From: Gemmatimonadota bacterium
Lineage (GTDB): Bacteria > Gemmatimonadota > Gemmatimonadetes > Longimicrobiales > Gaopeijiaceae
Reading direction: 5' to 3'
Length of the DNA stretch: 64,000 bases
NCBI GenBank assembly: GCA_034521595.1
Contig: JAXHMG010000003.1
Location: 224,001-288,000, forward strand
The notes beneath the pieces are model-generated. The model saw only the letters and a program-made list of their open reading frames with translations. It made no database searches and was not told where the DNA came from. Positions 1 to 9,603 of this stretch are shown one piece after another; within the stretch, counting starts at the first letter, position 1, and each line of letters begins with the position of its first letter. The translations under genes and the position numbers were made by a program.

Positions 1-2
1 GA

Positions 3-1766
3 GCCGTTCATGAGCTGAGCGACCGCCTGCCCGGGATGATGACCCTCATCTCCCTGGCGATCGCGGTCGCGTTCGTGTTTTCCTGGGTGGTGCAGGTCGG
101 GCTCATCGAGGCCGAAGCCCTGTGGTGGGAGCTGGCCACGCTCGTCACGATCATGCTCCTGGGTCACTGGATCGAGATGCGCTCGATCTCCCAGGCCCAG
201 GGCGCGCTCCAGGAGCTGGCCAAGCTCCTCCCCGACACGGCCACGCGCGTCACGGACGGTGGCGAAGAAACCGTTCACGTGGATCAGCTCCAGGCCGGGG
301 ACGTCGTGCTCGTGCGGCCCGGCGAGAGCGTGCCGGTGGACGGGGTCGTGCGGCGCGGGTCCAGCGATCTCAACGAGTCGATGATCACCGGGGAGTCCCG
401 ACCCGTGAAGCGGGGTGAGGGCGACGAGGTGATCGCCGGGACGATCAACGGCGAGGGCTCGCTCCGTGTGGAGGTCGTCGGCACGGGCGAAGACACCAAG
501 CTGTCCGGAATCATGCGACTGGTGTCCGAGGCCCAGGAATCGAAGTCCCGGGCGCAGCACCTCGCCGACCGCGCGGCCCAGCTGCTCACCGGCGTGGCGA
601 TCGCTTCCGGAATCCTGACTCTGGTCGTCTGGCAGCTCTTGGGCGCTCCGATCGACTTCTCCATCGTTCGCGTCGTCACGGTGCTCGTGATCGCGTGTCC
701 CCACGCGCTGGGCCTCGCCGTGCCGCTCGTGGTGGCGATCTCGACGACGCTGGGGGCGCGAGGCGGGCTTCTGGTTCGTGACCGAAGAGGGCTGGAGGAA
801 GCGCGAAACCTCGATACGGTGATCTTCGACAAGACCGGCACGTTGACGCTCGGGGAGTTCCGGGTGGTCGAGATGGTTACCGCAGAGGGGTGGGCGGAGG
901 ACGACGCGCTTCGCGCCGCCGCCGGAGTAGAGGCCGAGTCCGAGCACCCGATTGCCCGAGGCATCGTGAAGACGGCGGAAGAGCGGGAGCTCGACGTGCC
1001 GGGCGCTGAAGGCTTTCGGGCACTCACCGGTAAGGGCGTGGCCGCCACCGTGGAGGGCCGGGAGTACCACATGGGTGGCCCCGCCCTCCTGAAGGCCGAG
1101 GAAGCTCACGTGCCCGAGCCGCTCCGGCGCGCGGCGGAGCAGGCGGGAGAGCGGGGGCAGGCCGCGATCTACCTTCTGTCGGATGGCGAAGCGCTCGCCG
1201 TCTTCGCGGTAGCCGACGCGATTCGGGAGGAGAGCCGGGAGGCCATCCGGGCCCTTCACGAGCGTGGCATCGAAGTGGCCATGCTCACAGGCGACGCGCG
1301 GGCCGTGGCCGATGCGGTCGCGGCGGAGCTCGGCATCGACACGGTGTTCGCCGAGGTGCTCCCCGAGGACAAGGCGTCCAAGGTGCGGGAGCTCCAGACG
1401 CAGGGGAAGAAGGTCGCCATGGTGGGCGACGGCGTGAACGACGCGCCCGCGCTCGCGACGGCGGACCTCGGAATCGCCATCGGGGCCGGGACCGACGTGG
1501 CCGTCGAGGCCGGCCACATCGTTTTGGTGCGCTCCGACCCGCGTGACATCCCGCGCATCGTGACGCTCTCCCGTGCGACGTACAACAAGATGCTGCAGAA
1601 TCTGTGGTGGGCCGCGGGCTACAACATCCTCGCCATCCCGCTGGCGGCTGGTGTGCTCGCCGCGTGGGGAATTCTGCTCACACCCGCGGTGGGCGCGGTG
1701 CTGATGTCGGCGAGCACGGTCATCGTGGCCGTGAACGCACAGCTACTGAAGCGTACGGAGCTGTGA
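3..1766 (+). CDS. copB: Heavy-metal (Cu) translocating P1B-type ATPase, CPH subtype; 5'-partial (runs off the left edge)
   Basis: TGES, ACPHALGLA, DKTGTLT, SEHP, TGD, GDGVNDAPAL, YN and MSAST motifs. The frame is open from base 3 (AVHELSDRLPGMMTL), so the real start lies outside the window. Confidence 0.92.
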   Translation, partial: AVHELSDRLPGMMTLISLAIAVAFVFSWVVQVGLIEAEALWWELATLVTIMLLGHWIEMRSISQAQGALQELAKLLPDTATRVTDGGEETVHVDQLQAGDVVLVRPGESVPVDGVVRRGSSDLNESMITGESRPVKRGEGDEVIAGTINGEGSLRVEVVGTGEDTKLSGIMRLVSEAQESKSRAQHLADRAAQLLTGVAIASGILTLVVWQLLGAPIDFSIVRVVTVLVIACPHALGLAVPLVVAISTTLGARGGLLVRDRRGLEEARNLDTVIFDKTGTLTLGEFRVVEMVTAEGWAEDDALRAAAGVEAESEHPIARGIVKTAEERELDVPGAEGFRALTGKGVAATVEGREYHMGGPALLKAEEAHVPEPLRRAAEQAGERGQAAIYLLSDGEALAVFAVADAIREESREAIRALHERGIEVAMLTGDARAVADAVAAELGIDTVFAEVLPEDKASKVRELQTQGKKVAMVGDGVNDAPALATADLGIAIGAGTDVAVEAGHIVLVRSDPRDIPRIVTLSRATYNKMLQNLWWAAGYNILAIPLAAGVLAAWGILLTPAVGAVLMSASTVIVAVNAQLLKRTEL

Positions 1767-2686
1767 GCGTGGCCGGTGCATCGCCGGGACCGCTGCCCGG
1801 AGGACACCGGCCGTTCGCGCTCGTGCTCGGCGGCGGCGGAGCCCGTGGCTTCGCCCACCTCGGTGTGCTCCGAGCCCTCGAGCGTGCGGGTTACCGACCC
1901 ACGCGTGTCGTCGGTGTGTCCATGGGGGCCCTTGTGGGAGTGGCGTATGCGCGGAGGAGCGACTGGTATGCCGCCGTGCTCGGGATGAACCTCGACGGCT
2001 TTCCCGGCCCGATCGCCTCGTCCGACACGAGCGGTCGGCCTGCGCGGGCGATGTGGGGACGCGCTCGGTCCTTCGCATCGACCGTGCGGCGGGCATTCTC
2101 GATGGTCACGGATTGGGGGCCGGGCGCCCGAGCTCGGGAGGCAGGGTTGGCGGAGCTGCGGAAGCTGGTGGGGCACGGACCCCTCGACGGCGCTCGGATT
2201 CCGGCGGTCGTCACGGCGACCGACCTCCGGAGTGGTGAGCGGGTGGTCCTGACGGATACACCGTGTGACGATTCGGTATACGCCAGTGCGGCCCTCGCCG
2301 GCATCCTGCCGCCCCTCGCGTGGGGTGACTGCCTCCTCGCGGACGGGGCCTATTCCGACTTGGCGCCGGTGGACCTCGCGCGCACTCCGGACTGCGCGTC
2401 GGTCCTCGCCGTCGACGCCGGGTCAATGGCCGAGGCCGGCGACATCCGGAACGGGTACCGGGCGATCATGAGGGCCATGGAGATATGCCATCGCCAACAC
2501 GCGCGGCTCCGGTTTTCCGAGGCCGACCTTGTCCTGCGACCGGCGTTCAAGCGTAGCATCGATATTCTGGATTTCGATGCCCGAAGGGCATGCGTGGCTG
2601 CGGGGATCAGAATCGTGAGAGAGAAGATTCCGGAGATCCGGGCGTTCCTCGACACCGGGCCGGATGAGACGGGTAGGACGACGTGA
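1763..2686 (+). CDS. Patatin-like phospholipase/esterase
   Basis: GGGGARG oxyanion loop, GVSMG nucleophile, ATDLRSG and DGA motifs. GTG start overlaps the ATPase stop (GTGA). Confidence 0.88.
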   Translation: MSVAGASPGPLPGGHRPFALVLGGGGARGFAHLGVLRALERAGYRPTRVVGVSMGALVGVAYARRSDWYAAVLGMNLDGFPGPIASSDTSGRPARAMWGRARSFASTVRRAFSMVTDWGPGARAREAGLAELRKLVGHGPLDGARIPAVVTATDLRSGERVVLTDTPCDDSVYASAALAGILPPLAWGDCLLADGAYSDLAPVDLARTPDCASVLAVDAGSMAEAGDIRNGYRAIMRAMEICHRQHARLRFSEADLVLRPAFKRSIDILDFDARRACVAAGIRIVREKIPEIRAFLDTGPDETGRTT

Positions 2687-2905
2687 CGGTCTAGCTTGCG
2701 CGAGAGGGGTGTCGAATGATCTCGTAGCGTAGAGGGCAGGCAAAGCGCCTCGTCGTCCTCTGATCGTTCAGACCAGGAAGGTGCGGTATGGATTCGACCC
2801 GTTGCCCGTCGAGGAGGGTCCGCCGTCTCGCCGGCTCCATGCGAGTGTTGGGCACCGTCCACGGCTCGCCCGCGGAACGACCGCGGAACGGCCGGGGAGG
2901 TGTGC

Positions 2906-4585
2906 ATGTCGGAGCCTGAGCGTGCGCGGAGGGAGCTCGACGCGTGGCGGCGGAGCTTGCCGGCCGATCCGTACGAGGCGGACGATGAGCTACGGGTCCT
3001 GAACCGGTCCCATCTCGAAGGGACGCGGCACGACGACCTGCACCGGCGGGCCTCGGAGCTCGGCCGAGCGGTCACGGCGGTAATCGGGCCGGCGGCCGAG
3101 CGCTACGAGCAGAGAGAGCATCTACCCGAGCTCGCGCGGTACGACGGGCTGGGGCATCGGGTCGAGGAAGTCCGCTTCGATCCCGCCTACGACGCGGCCG
3201 GCGCCGCGGTTTGGAAGAGCGGGTTGGTGCGGGACTGCGGCACCCCCGGGCGAGCGTTCGAGCAGGCGACCCTCTTGTATCTACTTTCGCTCGAAGGCGA
3301 GGCGGGCCACGTGTGCCCGGCCACATGCACCATTGGGCTGGCGCGAGCCCTGCGTCGACGGGCGGCCGACGCGGTCCGGGACCGGTTCCTTCCGCCGCTT
3401 CTCGTCACCGACTACGACCGGACGCAACGGGCATCGCAATTCCTCACCGAGGTGCAGGGGGGGAGCGATGTGGGAGCGAACGCCTGCCGGGCGGTCGCGC
3501 AGCCCGATGGAACCTATCTGATCTCGGGTGAGAAGTGGTTCTGCTCGGTCGCCGACGCCGAGCAGTTCCTGGTCACGGCCCGGCCCGAAGGGGCGCCCGA
3601 AGGCACGCGTGGTCTCGGGTGCTTCGTGGTCCCACGCCGGATCGACGGCGCCCCGAACGGCTTTTCGCTGCGGCGGCTCAAGGACAAGCTCGGCACGCGC
3701 GGCATGGCTTCCGCGGAGATCGACTTCGACGCCGCGGTGGCGTGGCCGATCGGGCCGGTCTCGGAGGGCTTCAAGACGGCGGTGGAGATCGTGTTGAACA
3801 CCAGCCGGTGGGCCACCGCGATCGGATCGACGGGCATGATGCGGCGGGCCCTCGTGGAAGCGAGTGGTTACGCCCGGCACCGTCGCGCCTTCGGACGACC
3901 GATCGTGGAGTACCCGCTGGTGCGCGAGACCCTCGCCGAAATGCACATGGGGTGGCTGGGCGCGTTACGCCTGGTCTGGGTTCTCACCGATCTCGAAGAC
4001 CGGATCGATGCCGGGACGGCGAGCGAAGAGGACGTGCTCTTCCACCGCTTCATGGTGAACGCCGTGAAGTACGTGGCCAGCAGCCGTGCCTCGGCGGTCG
4101 TACGGCAGGGGATCGAAGTCCTCGGCGGTAACGGGACCATCGAGGACTTCAGCGTGCTGCCTCGACTCTATCGGGACGCCGTCGTCTACGAATCCTGGGA
4201 GGGGACGCACAACGTGTTGGTCGCGCAGATCCTGCGGGATCTCGGGCGGCTCCCGATCCTCGATGTCGTCCGCACCCGCGTGAGCGAGATGCTCGAAGAC
4301 TCCGACAGTGAGGCGGCGGCCCTCGCGATTCCGGCGCTCGACGACGCATTGGAGGGTGTCGCGCGCTCGGTCGAGGAGCCGGATTTCGGGGCCGCGCACT
4401 TCCGGAGGCTGCTCGATCGACTCATGTGTACGGTGGAAGTGGGCGCACTCGTGCGCGGCGCCACGCCGCGGAGTGCCGCGGCGGCGGATCTGTTGGTCCA
4501 CCTACGCCTGGTGCCCGGATACCGCCCCGAAAGCGATCCCGAATTCGATGGACGGGTCGATGTGCTCGTCGCCCCCGAAGAATGA
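2906..4585 (+). CDS. Acyl-CoA dehydrogenase, AidB-like subfamily
   Basis: QFLTEVQGGSDVG, GEKWFCS, RRLKDKLGTR, EVLGGNG and SWEGTHNV motifs; GGAGG RBS before ATG 2906. Confidence 0.88.
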   Translation: MSEPERARRELDAWRRSLPADPYEADDELRVLNRSHLEGTRHDDLHRRASELGRAVTAVIGPAAERYEQREHLPELARYDGLGHRVEEVRFDPAYDAAGAAVWKSGLVRDCGTPGRAFEQATLLYLLSLEGEAGHVCPATCTIGLARALRRRAADAVRDRFLPPLLVTDYDRTQRASQFLTEVQGGSDVGANACRAVAQPDGTYLISGEKWFCSVADAEQFLVTARPEGAPEGTRGLGCFVVPRRIDGAPNGFSLRRLKDKLGTRGMASAEIDFDAAVAWPIGPVSEGFKTAVEIVLNTSRWATAIGSTGMMRRALVEASGYARHRRAFGRPIVEYPLVRETLAEMHMGWLGALRLVWVLTDLEDRIDAGTASEEDVLFHRFMVNAVKYVASSRASAVVRQGIEVLGGNGTIEDFSVLPRLYRDAVVYESWEGTHNVLVAQILRDLGRLPILDVVRTRVSEMLEDSDSEAAALAIPALDDALEGVARSVEEPDFGAAHFRRLLDRLMCTVEVGALVRGATPRSAAAADLLVHLRLVPGYRPESDPEFDGRVDVLVAPEE

Positions 4586-5952
4586 AAAACCTCATGCGCA
4601 CCAGCCAGGATCCACGAGGCGCGCGCGCCCTTGCCCGTCGCGCGCTCGAAGATCTGTTCGGTCCGGTCGAGGAGCGGGGCTTCACCGTCCGCTACTGGGA
4701 TGGCGAAGAGGAAGGACCGCCCGGCGAAGGGGCGTCCGACTTCGTCCTGGTGCTCCGGCATCCCGCGGCCCTCCGCCGGGCCTTCTTGCCCCCGACCGAC
4801 CGTTCCATGGCGCTGGCGTTCGGTCGGGGCGACGTCGACGTCGACGGCGACCTCGAAGCGGCCGCCGGATTGGCGGATGCGGTGAAGGCCACGGTGAGTG
4901 ATCCAGGCCGGGCGGCCAAGCTCCTGTCGCATCTCGCTCGACTGCCGCGCGGCGGGGACCAACAGCTCGAAGGAGGTGCGCCTTTAGAGGGCCGCCAAGC
5001 GGGTCGCTTGCACTCCCGTGCCCGGGACCGCGCGTCGGTGCGGCATCATTACGATCTGGGGAACGACTTCTTCCGGCTGTACCTGGACAGCCGGATGGTC
5101 TACTCGTGTGCGTATTTCGAGGAGGGGAGCGAGTCCATCGACGAGGCGCAGGAGGCGAAGCTCGATCTCGTCTGCCGGAAGCTTCGACTCGAGCCCGGCG
5201 ACCGATTCCTGGATATCGGGTGTGGCTGGGGCAGCCTGGTGGAGTTCGCCGCCAGGCGGTACGGAGTCCGGGCCACGGGCCTGACGCTGAGCCCCAGCCA
5301 GGCCGAGGTCGCCCGTGCGCGTATGCGTGACGCCGGCATCCAGGATCGCTGCCGGATCGAGGTGTGCGACTACCGCGAACTCGATCCGCCCGAACGGTTC
5401 GACAAGATCGCGAGCGTCGGCATGGTGGAGCATGTGGGGCGGCCGCGGTTGCGCACGTACTTCAGATCGGCGGAGCGACTTCTCGAGCCGGGCGGGCTTT
5501 TTCTCAATCACGGGATCGTGGACATCAGGCGTCGGCCCGGTTGGCTGGCGCTGGGGGCTCGACGGCGCCTGGCCCGATACACGTCGTTCATGCAGCGCTT
5601 CATCTTCCCGGATTCCGAGCTGGTGAGTCCCGCGGAGCTCACGGATCCCGGTGAGCGTGTCGGTCTCGAGCTGCGTGACGTCGAGAGTCTCCGGGAACAT
5701 TACGCCCTCACGCTGCGGGCCTGGCTTCGGCGCCTCGAAGCCAGGCAGGACGAGGCCATCGGCCAGGTCGGTATGGAGACGTACCGTTTGTGGCGGCTGT
5801 ACATGGCGGTGAGCGCCTCCCTGTTCGCTACCGGGAAGCTCGGGGTGGTGCAGATGCTCTGGGGTAAGCGTCATGGCGACGGACACTTGCCTCTGCCCCG
5901 GACGCGCGCGGACCTGTACGCCCCCGGGCTCGGGGAGGCACCGTCCGGGTGA
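4582..5952 (+). CDS. cfa: Cyclopropane-fatty-acyl-phospholipid synthase family SAM methyltransferase
   Basis: HHYDLGNDFF, MVYSCAYF, LDIGCGWG, SVGMVEHVG, FIFP and HYALTL motifs; ATGA overlap with the upstream gene. Confidence 0.9.
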   Translation: MKNLMRTSQDPRGARALARRALEDLFGPVEERGFTVRYWDGEEEGPPGEGASDFVLVLRHPAALRRAFLPPTDRSMALAFGRGDVDVDGDLEAAAGLADAVKATVSDPGRAAKLLSHLARLPRGGDQQLEGGAPLEGRQAGRLHSRARDRASVRHHYDLGNDFFRLYLDSRMVYSCAYFEEGSESIDEAQEAKLDLVCRKLRLEPGDRFLDIGCGWGSLVEFAARRYGVRATGLTLSPSQAEVARARMRDAGIQDRCRIEVCDYRELDPPERFDKIASVGMVEHVGRPRLRTYFRSAERLLEPGGLFLNHGIVDIRRRPGWLALGARRRLARYTSFMQRFIFPDSELVSPAELTDPGERVGLELRDVESLREHYALTLRAWLRRLEARQDEAIGQVGMETYRLWRLYMAVSASLFATGKLGVVQMLWGKRHGDGHLPLPRTRADLYAPGLGEAPSG

Positions 5953-6001
5953 TCACTGCGCCAGAGGTCCCTGTCCGCTTCGCCCCCGATCATGGTGACG
6001 T

Positions 6002-6568
6002 ATGCGCACTCGCCGTGGCGCCCGTCGGTCGGGTGTCCAGCGGGTCGAGCCGGTAGGGCGTCGGGTGGAGGGGACGCCGGGAGATCGGCCGGACCTGTGG
6101 AGCAACCGCAGCGGCTATGCGTGGGTAGACCACACATCCGAAGCCACGCTCCGTCTCCGTGGGCCCACGTTCGCGGCGCTGCTCGAGGAGGCCGCCCGTG
6201 CATTCGTCAGTCTGGTCCCCGGGCACTTGGGTGGGGACGGTCCCGAAGCGGATGACGATGACGACGCGGCTTCGGGGGCATGGAGAGAGCTCACGCTGGA
6301 GGAGGGCGACGCCGCGTCCGTATTGGTGGGTTGGCTGAACGAGTTGGTATATCTCGCCGAGGTCGAGCGGTGGGTGCCGACCGAGGTCGCCCTCGAGGCC
6401 GGAGTCGACGAGCAGGAGGACGTGATGAGCACGGGGCCGGTGCGGGTACGTGCCCGGGGGCGCACGCTCGAGCAGCCGTTCGTCCTCGTGAAGGCGGCGA
6501 CGCTGCACGGTGCGAAGGTCCGGAGTCGATCGGGACATCTCGAAGCGGAGGTCACGCTGGACATATGA
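6002..6568 (+). CDS. Archease (RtcB activator); start uncertain (ATG 6002 or GTG 6065)
   Basis: VDHTSE, WLNEL, VKAATLH and C-terminal LDI motifs; overlaps the rtcB start. Confidence 0.85.
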   Translation: MRTRRGARRSGVQRVEPVGRRVEGTPGDRPDLWSNRSGYAWVDHTSEATLRLRGPTFAALLEEAARAFVSLVPGHLGGDGPEADDDDDAASGAWRELTLEEGDAASVLVGWLNELVYLAEVERWVPTEVALEAGVDEQEDVMSTGPVRVRARGRTLEQPFVLVKAATLHGAKVRSRSGHLEAEVTLDI

Positions 6569-8019
6569 GCACGCGAGCCACGACGGGACCACGGCCGGCC
6601 GAGGCGGCTCGGCGCGTTTCCGAGACGCTCTACGAGATTCCGTCCACCTTTCGGGCCGACATGAAGGTCCCAGCGCGAATCTATGCCGACGAGCGCCTCT
6701 GGGCGCAAATCTCGACCGACCGATCCCTCGATCAGCTCGTCAACGTGGCGACCTTGCCCGGTGTGACTCGCGCCGCTTACGCCATGCCGGACGCGCACGA
6801 AGGCTACGGCTTCCCGGTCGGGGGCGTGGCCGCGTTCGACGCGGAGTCGGGCGTCATATCCCCGGGCGGGGTCGGCTACGATATCAACTGTGGTGTGCGG
6901 ATGCTCGTGTCCGGGCTGCACTCGGACGACCTCGGCGACCGCCTCGAGCCGCTCGTGCACGAGCTCAGTCGGGGCATCCCCTCCGGCATGGGCAGGGGCA
7001 GCCACCTCTCCCTGGACGACGCGGCGCTGGACCGCGTGTTCACGGAGGGCTGCCGCTACTTGGTCGAGCGGGGCATGGCTACCCGGGAGGACCTCGAGCA
7101 CACCGAGTCCGGTGGCTGCCTCCCGGGAGCGGATCCCGCGCGGGTCTCGCGGCGAGCACGCGACCGTGGGCGCAGTCAGCTCGGATCCATGGGCTCGGGC
7201 AACCACTTCGTCGAGGTCGAGCGGGTGGAGCGCATCTTCGATCAGGACGCGGCCGAGACGCTCGGGCTCGAGGTCGGTCACGTCGTCGTGCTCATCCACA
7301 CCGGGTCACGCGGGCTCGGCCACCAAGTCTGCACCGATTACGTCTCCGGGATGGACAAGGGGATGCCCGAGCACGGAATCACGCTGCCCGACCGCCAGCT
7401 CGCCTGCGCCCCGCTCCAGTCCGCGCCCGGGCAGGCCTACTTCGGTGCGATGGCCGCCGCGGCGAACTTCGCGTGGTGCAACCGGCAGGTCATCTCCCAC
7501 GTGGTCCGCGATGCCTTCCATAGGGTCGTCGGCGCCGACGCCGAGCTGCGCCTCCTGTACGATGTCGCACACAACATCGCGAAGGTCGAGGAGCACGACG
7601 GGCGCGCGCTCTGCGTGCACCGTAAGGGGGCGACCCGGGCGCTCGGCCCCTCGCACCCGGAGACGCCGGCCGCCTACCGGAGCGTCGGGCAGCCCGTGTT
7701 CATCCCTGGCAGCATGGGAGCCGGCTCCTACGTGCTGGTGGGCGAGGACGCGTCGTTGGAGCGCTCGTTCGGGAGCGCGTGCCACGGCGCGGGCCGAAGC
7801 ATGAGCCGGGGCGAGGCACGCCGGAGGCAGCACGGAGGCGAGGTTCGCCGTGCCCTCACCGAGCGGGGGATCGTGGTCCGCTGCCCCTCGCTCAAAGAGC
7901 TCGCGGAGGAGGCGCCCCACGCCTACAAGGACGTGGATCAGGTGGTGGAGGTGGTGGAGCGCGCGGGCCTGGCCCGCCGGGTCGCACGCACCGGAGTGTT
8001 GGGGGTCGTGAAGGGCTGA
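6565..8019 (+). CDS. rtcB: RtcB RNA 3'-phosphate/5'-OH ligase (archease-associated type)
   Basis: MPDAHEGYGFPVGG, GVGYDINCG, GSGNHF, HTGSRG, YDVAHN, HRKGATR, CHGAGR and EEAPHAYKD motifs. Confidence 0.96.
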   Translation: MSTRATTGPRPAEAARRVSETLYEIPSTFRADMKVPARIYADERLWAQISTDRSLDQLVNVATLPGVTRAAYAMPDAHEGYGFPVGGVAAFDAESGVISPGGVGYDINCGVRMLVSGLHSDDLGDRLEPLVHELSRGIPSGMGRGSHLSLDDAALDRVFTEGCRYLVERGMATREDLEHTESGGCLPGADPARVSRRARDRGRSQLGSMGSGNHFVEVERVERIFDQDAAETLGLEVGHVVVLIHTGSRGLGHQVCTDYVSGMDKGMPEHGITLPDRQLACAPLQSAPGQAYFGAMAAAANFAWCNRQVISHVVRDAFHRVVGADAELRLLYDVAHNIAKVEEHDGRALCVHRKGATRALGPSHPETPAAYRSVGQPVFIPGSMGAGSYVLVGEDASLERSFGSACHGAGRSMSRGEARRRQHGGEVRRALTERGIVVRCPSLKELAEEAPHAYKDVDQVVEVVERAGLARRVARTGVLGVVKG

Positions 8020-8158
8020 CCCTGGGCTCGGCCCGCCTTGCGCGAGGCCACTCCACCTCCCCGGCTTCAACTCCCGTGGCGACCGACCCCGGTTGGATTT
8101 CCTTCTCTTGTCCCCGATCGACCCTCCCCTTTTCAGGCGAGGGGACCGATTTTGGTTC

Positions 8159-8959
8159 ATGGACATTCACAGCCCGGCGACCACGATCCAACCGACCGCT
8201 CGCTCGCTTTCGCCTTTCCTGCTCACGCTCTTGCTCGGCGTCCTGTTGGCGCCGTATTCCGCCAACGCCCAGGCTGCCCCCACCTGGCGTTTGGAGCTCG
8301 AGGGCGGCCCGGTCTGGCAGAGCTACAACAACGTCGAGATCCCCAACGACGGCACCGCGACCCGATTCTCGCTCCGGGATCTCGCGGGAGCCGGCCCGTG
8401 GGCGTCAGGACGGCTCTACCTCACCTGGAAGGTGAGCAAGCGGCACGCGCTGCGCGCCCTCGTAGCGCCGCTCACCATCCGCGCGACGGGGACTCCCGGC
8501 ACGACCATCGACTTCGCCGGCGCAAGCTATGCGGCGGGTCTGCCGACCGAGGCCACCTACACCTTCGACTCGTACCGCCTGACCTACCGGTACCTTGTCC
8601 ACGCGGGAGACCGAACGACCGCCTGGGTCGGCTTCACCGCCAAGATCCGGGACGCCGTGACCGCGCTCGATCAGGGATCGACGTCGAGCCGGAAGGCGAA
8701 CGTGGGCTTCGTGCCCCTGCTCCATCTCGCCGGTGAATGGCGCCCCGCGCCGCGTTGGACGGCGAGCCTGGATGTGGACGCGCTCGCTGGAGGACCCGGC
8801 CGAGCGGAGGACGCGGCACTCGAGCTGGGATACGACGTGAGCGAAAGATGGACGCTGCAAGGTGGGTATCGGATGGTGGAGGGGGGCGCCGACGTGGACG
8901 AAGTCTACGCGTTCGCCTGGCTGCACTACGCGATCGTATCGGTGGTGTGGAGGCCGTAG
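8159..8959 (+). CDS. Exported outer-membrane beta-barrel-like protein
   Basis: Signal peptide ending ANAQA; amphipathic beta-strands rich in aromatics; aromatic residue near the C-terminus. Confidence 0.65.
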   Translation: MDIHSPATTIQPTARSLSPFLLTLLLGVLLAPYSANAQAAPTWRLELEGGPVWQSYNNVEIPNDGTATRFSLRDLAGAGPWASGRLYLTWKVSKRHALRALVAPLTIRATGTPGTTIDFAGASYAAGLPTEATYTFDSYRLTYRYLVHAGDRTTAWVGFTAKIRDAVTALDQGSTSSRKANVGFVPLLHLAGEWRPAPRWTASLDVDALAGGPGRAEDAALELGYDVSERWTLQGGYRMVEGGADVDEVYAFAWLHYAIVSVVWRP

Positions 8960-9014
8960 CGGGAGCGGGCACCGGTGAAGGCTCGAGCCTGTTCGGAGGC
9001 GACACCGCTGATCC

Positions 9015-9148
9015 GTGATCTCCACAGGCCGAGTCTGGTGGATCGGCTTCATCGCTCCGCTTCTCCCGGCCCCGTACGAGCCGATCCTCATGATCGCCTG
9101 TACTCCCCGCTCTTCATCTGCATCTGCGCCCCGGGGACCCTCTACTAA
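9015..9148 (+). pseudogene. Possible frameshifted remnant of a DedA/VTT-like membrane-protein gene
   Basis: WWIGFIAPLLPAPYEPILM, then after a frameshift RLYSPLFICICAPGTLY*. It resembles VTT-protein N-termini as I recall them; not searched. Confidence 0.35.
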
Positions 9149-9579
9149 AAGGGCTCGACGACGGTGGCCTGGGGCCCTTCTTCGCCTGCTTCCTCCACGT
9201 AGCGCACCGGTGTGCCGACCTCCAGCGTATCGAAAGCCAGGCCCTTCAGCGCGTTCATGTGGAAGTACACGTCGTAGCCGTCGGGCGCTTCGATGAAGCC
9301 GTAACCATGGTCCAGGAACACCGTGCGCACGCGGCCCGCAGGCGGTGTCTCGTGCTGCTTCACTTCCCCCCGACGCTTGGCCTTCTCCTCGAGCAGCCGC
9401 TTGCGCGCGGCGTCGAAGGCCTGGCCCACGGCCTGATCAACGTCCTCGTGGGCGTGGTGCTCGGGCGGGTTGCGGTTCACGACGATCTCCGAGCCGGGGC
9501 GGGTGAGATCGATCCGGACGTGGTAGAGGTTGCCGGTGCGGTGACGGTGGTCCCGAAGCTCGATGTTCCACGGAGCCAC
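9145..9579 (-). CDS. HPF/RaiA-like domain fused to a cold-shock domain; N-terminally truncated, possibly a pseudogene
   Basis: HRHRTGNLYHVRIDL...HAHEDVDQAVGQAFDAARKRL (HPF-like), then GYGFIEAPDGYDVYFHMNAL...GEEGPQA (CSD). The first strand and helix of the HPF fold are absent. Confidence 0.8.
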   Translation of the reverse strand: MAPWNIELRDHRHRTGNLYHVRIDLTRPGSEIVVNRNPPEHHAHEDVDQAVGQAFDAARKRLLEEKAKRRGEVKQHETPPAGRVRTVFLDHGYGFIEAPDGYDVYFHMNALKGLAFDTLEVGTPVRYVEEAGEEGPQATVVEPF

Positions 9580-9603
9580 CCTCGCGCCATGCGGTCTCGG
9601 CGT

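Noticed and set aside
2870-2891. Tandem 11-bp repeat CCGCGGAACG(A/G) before the ACAD RBS
   Set aside because: Only two GC-rich units and not seen elsewhere; could be chance or slippage.
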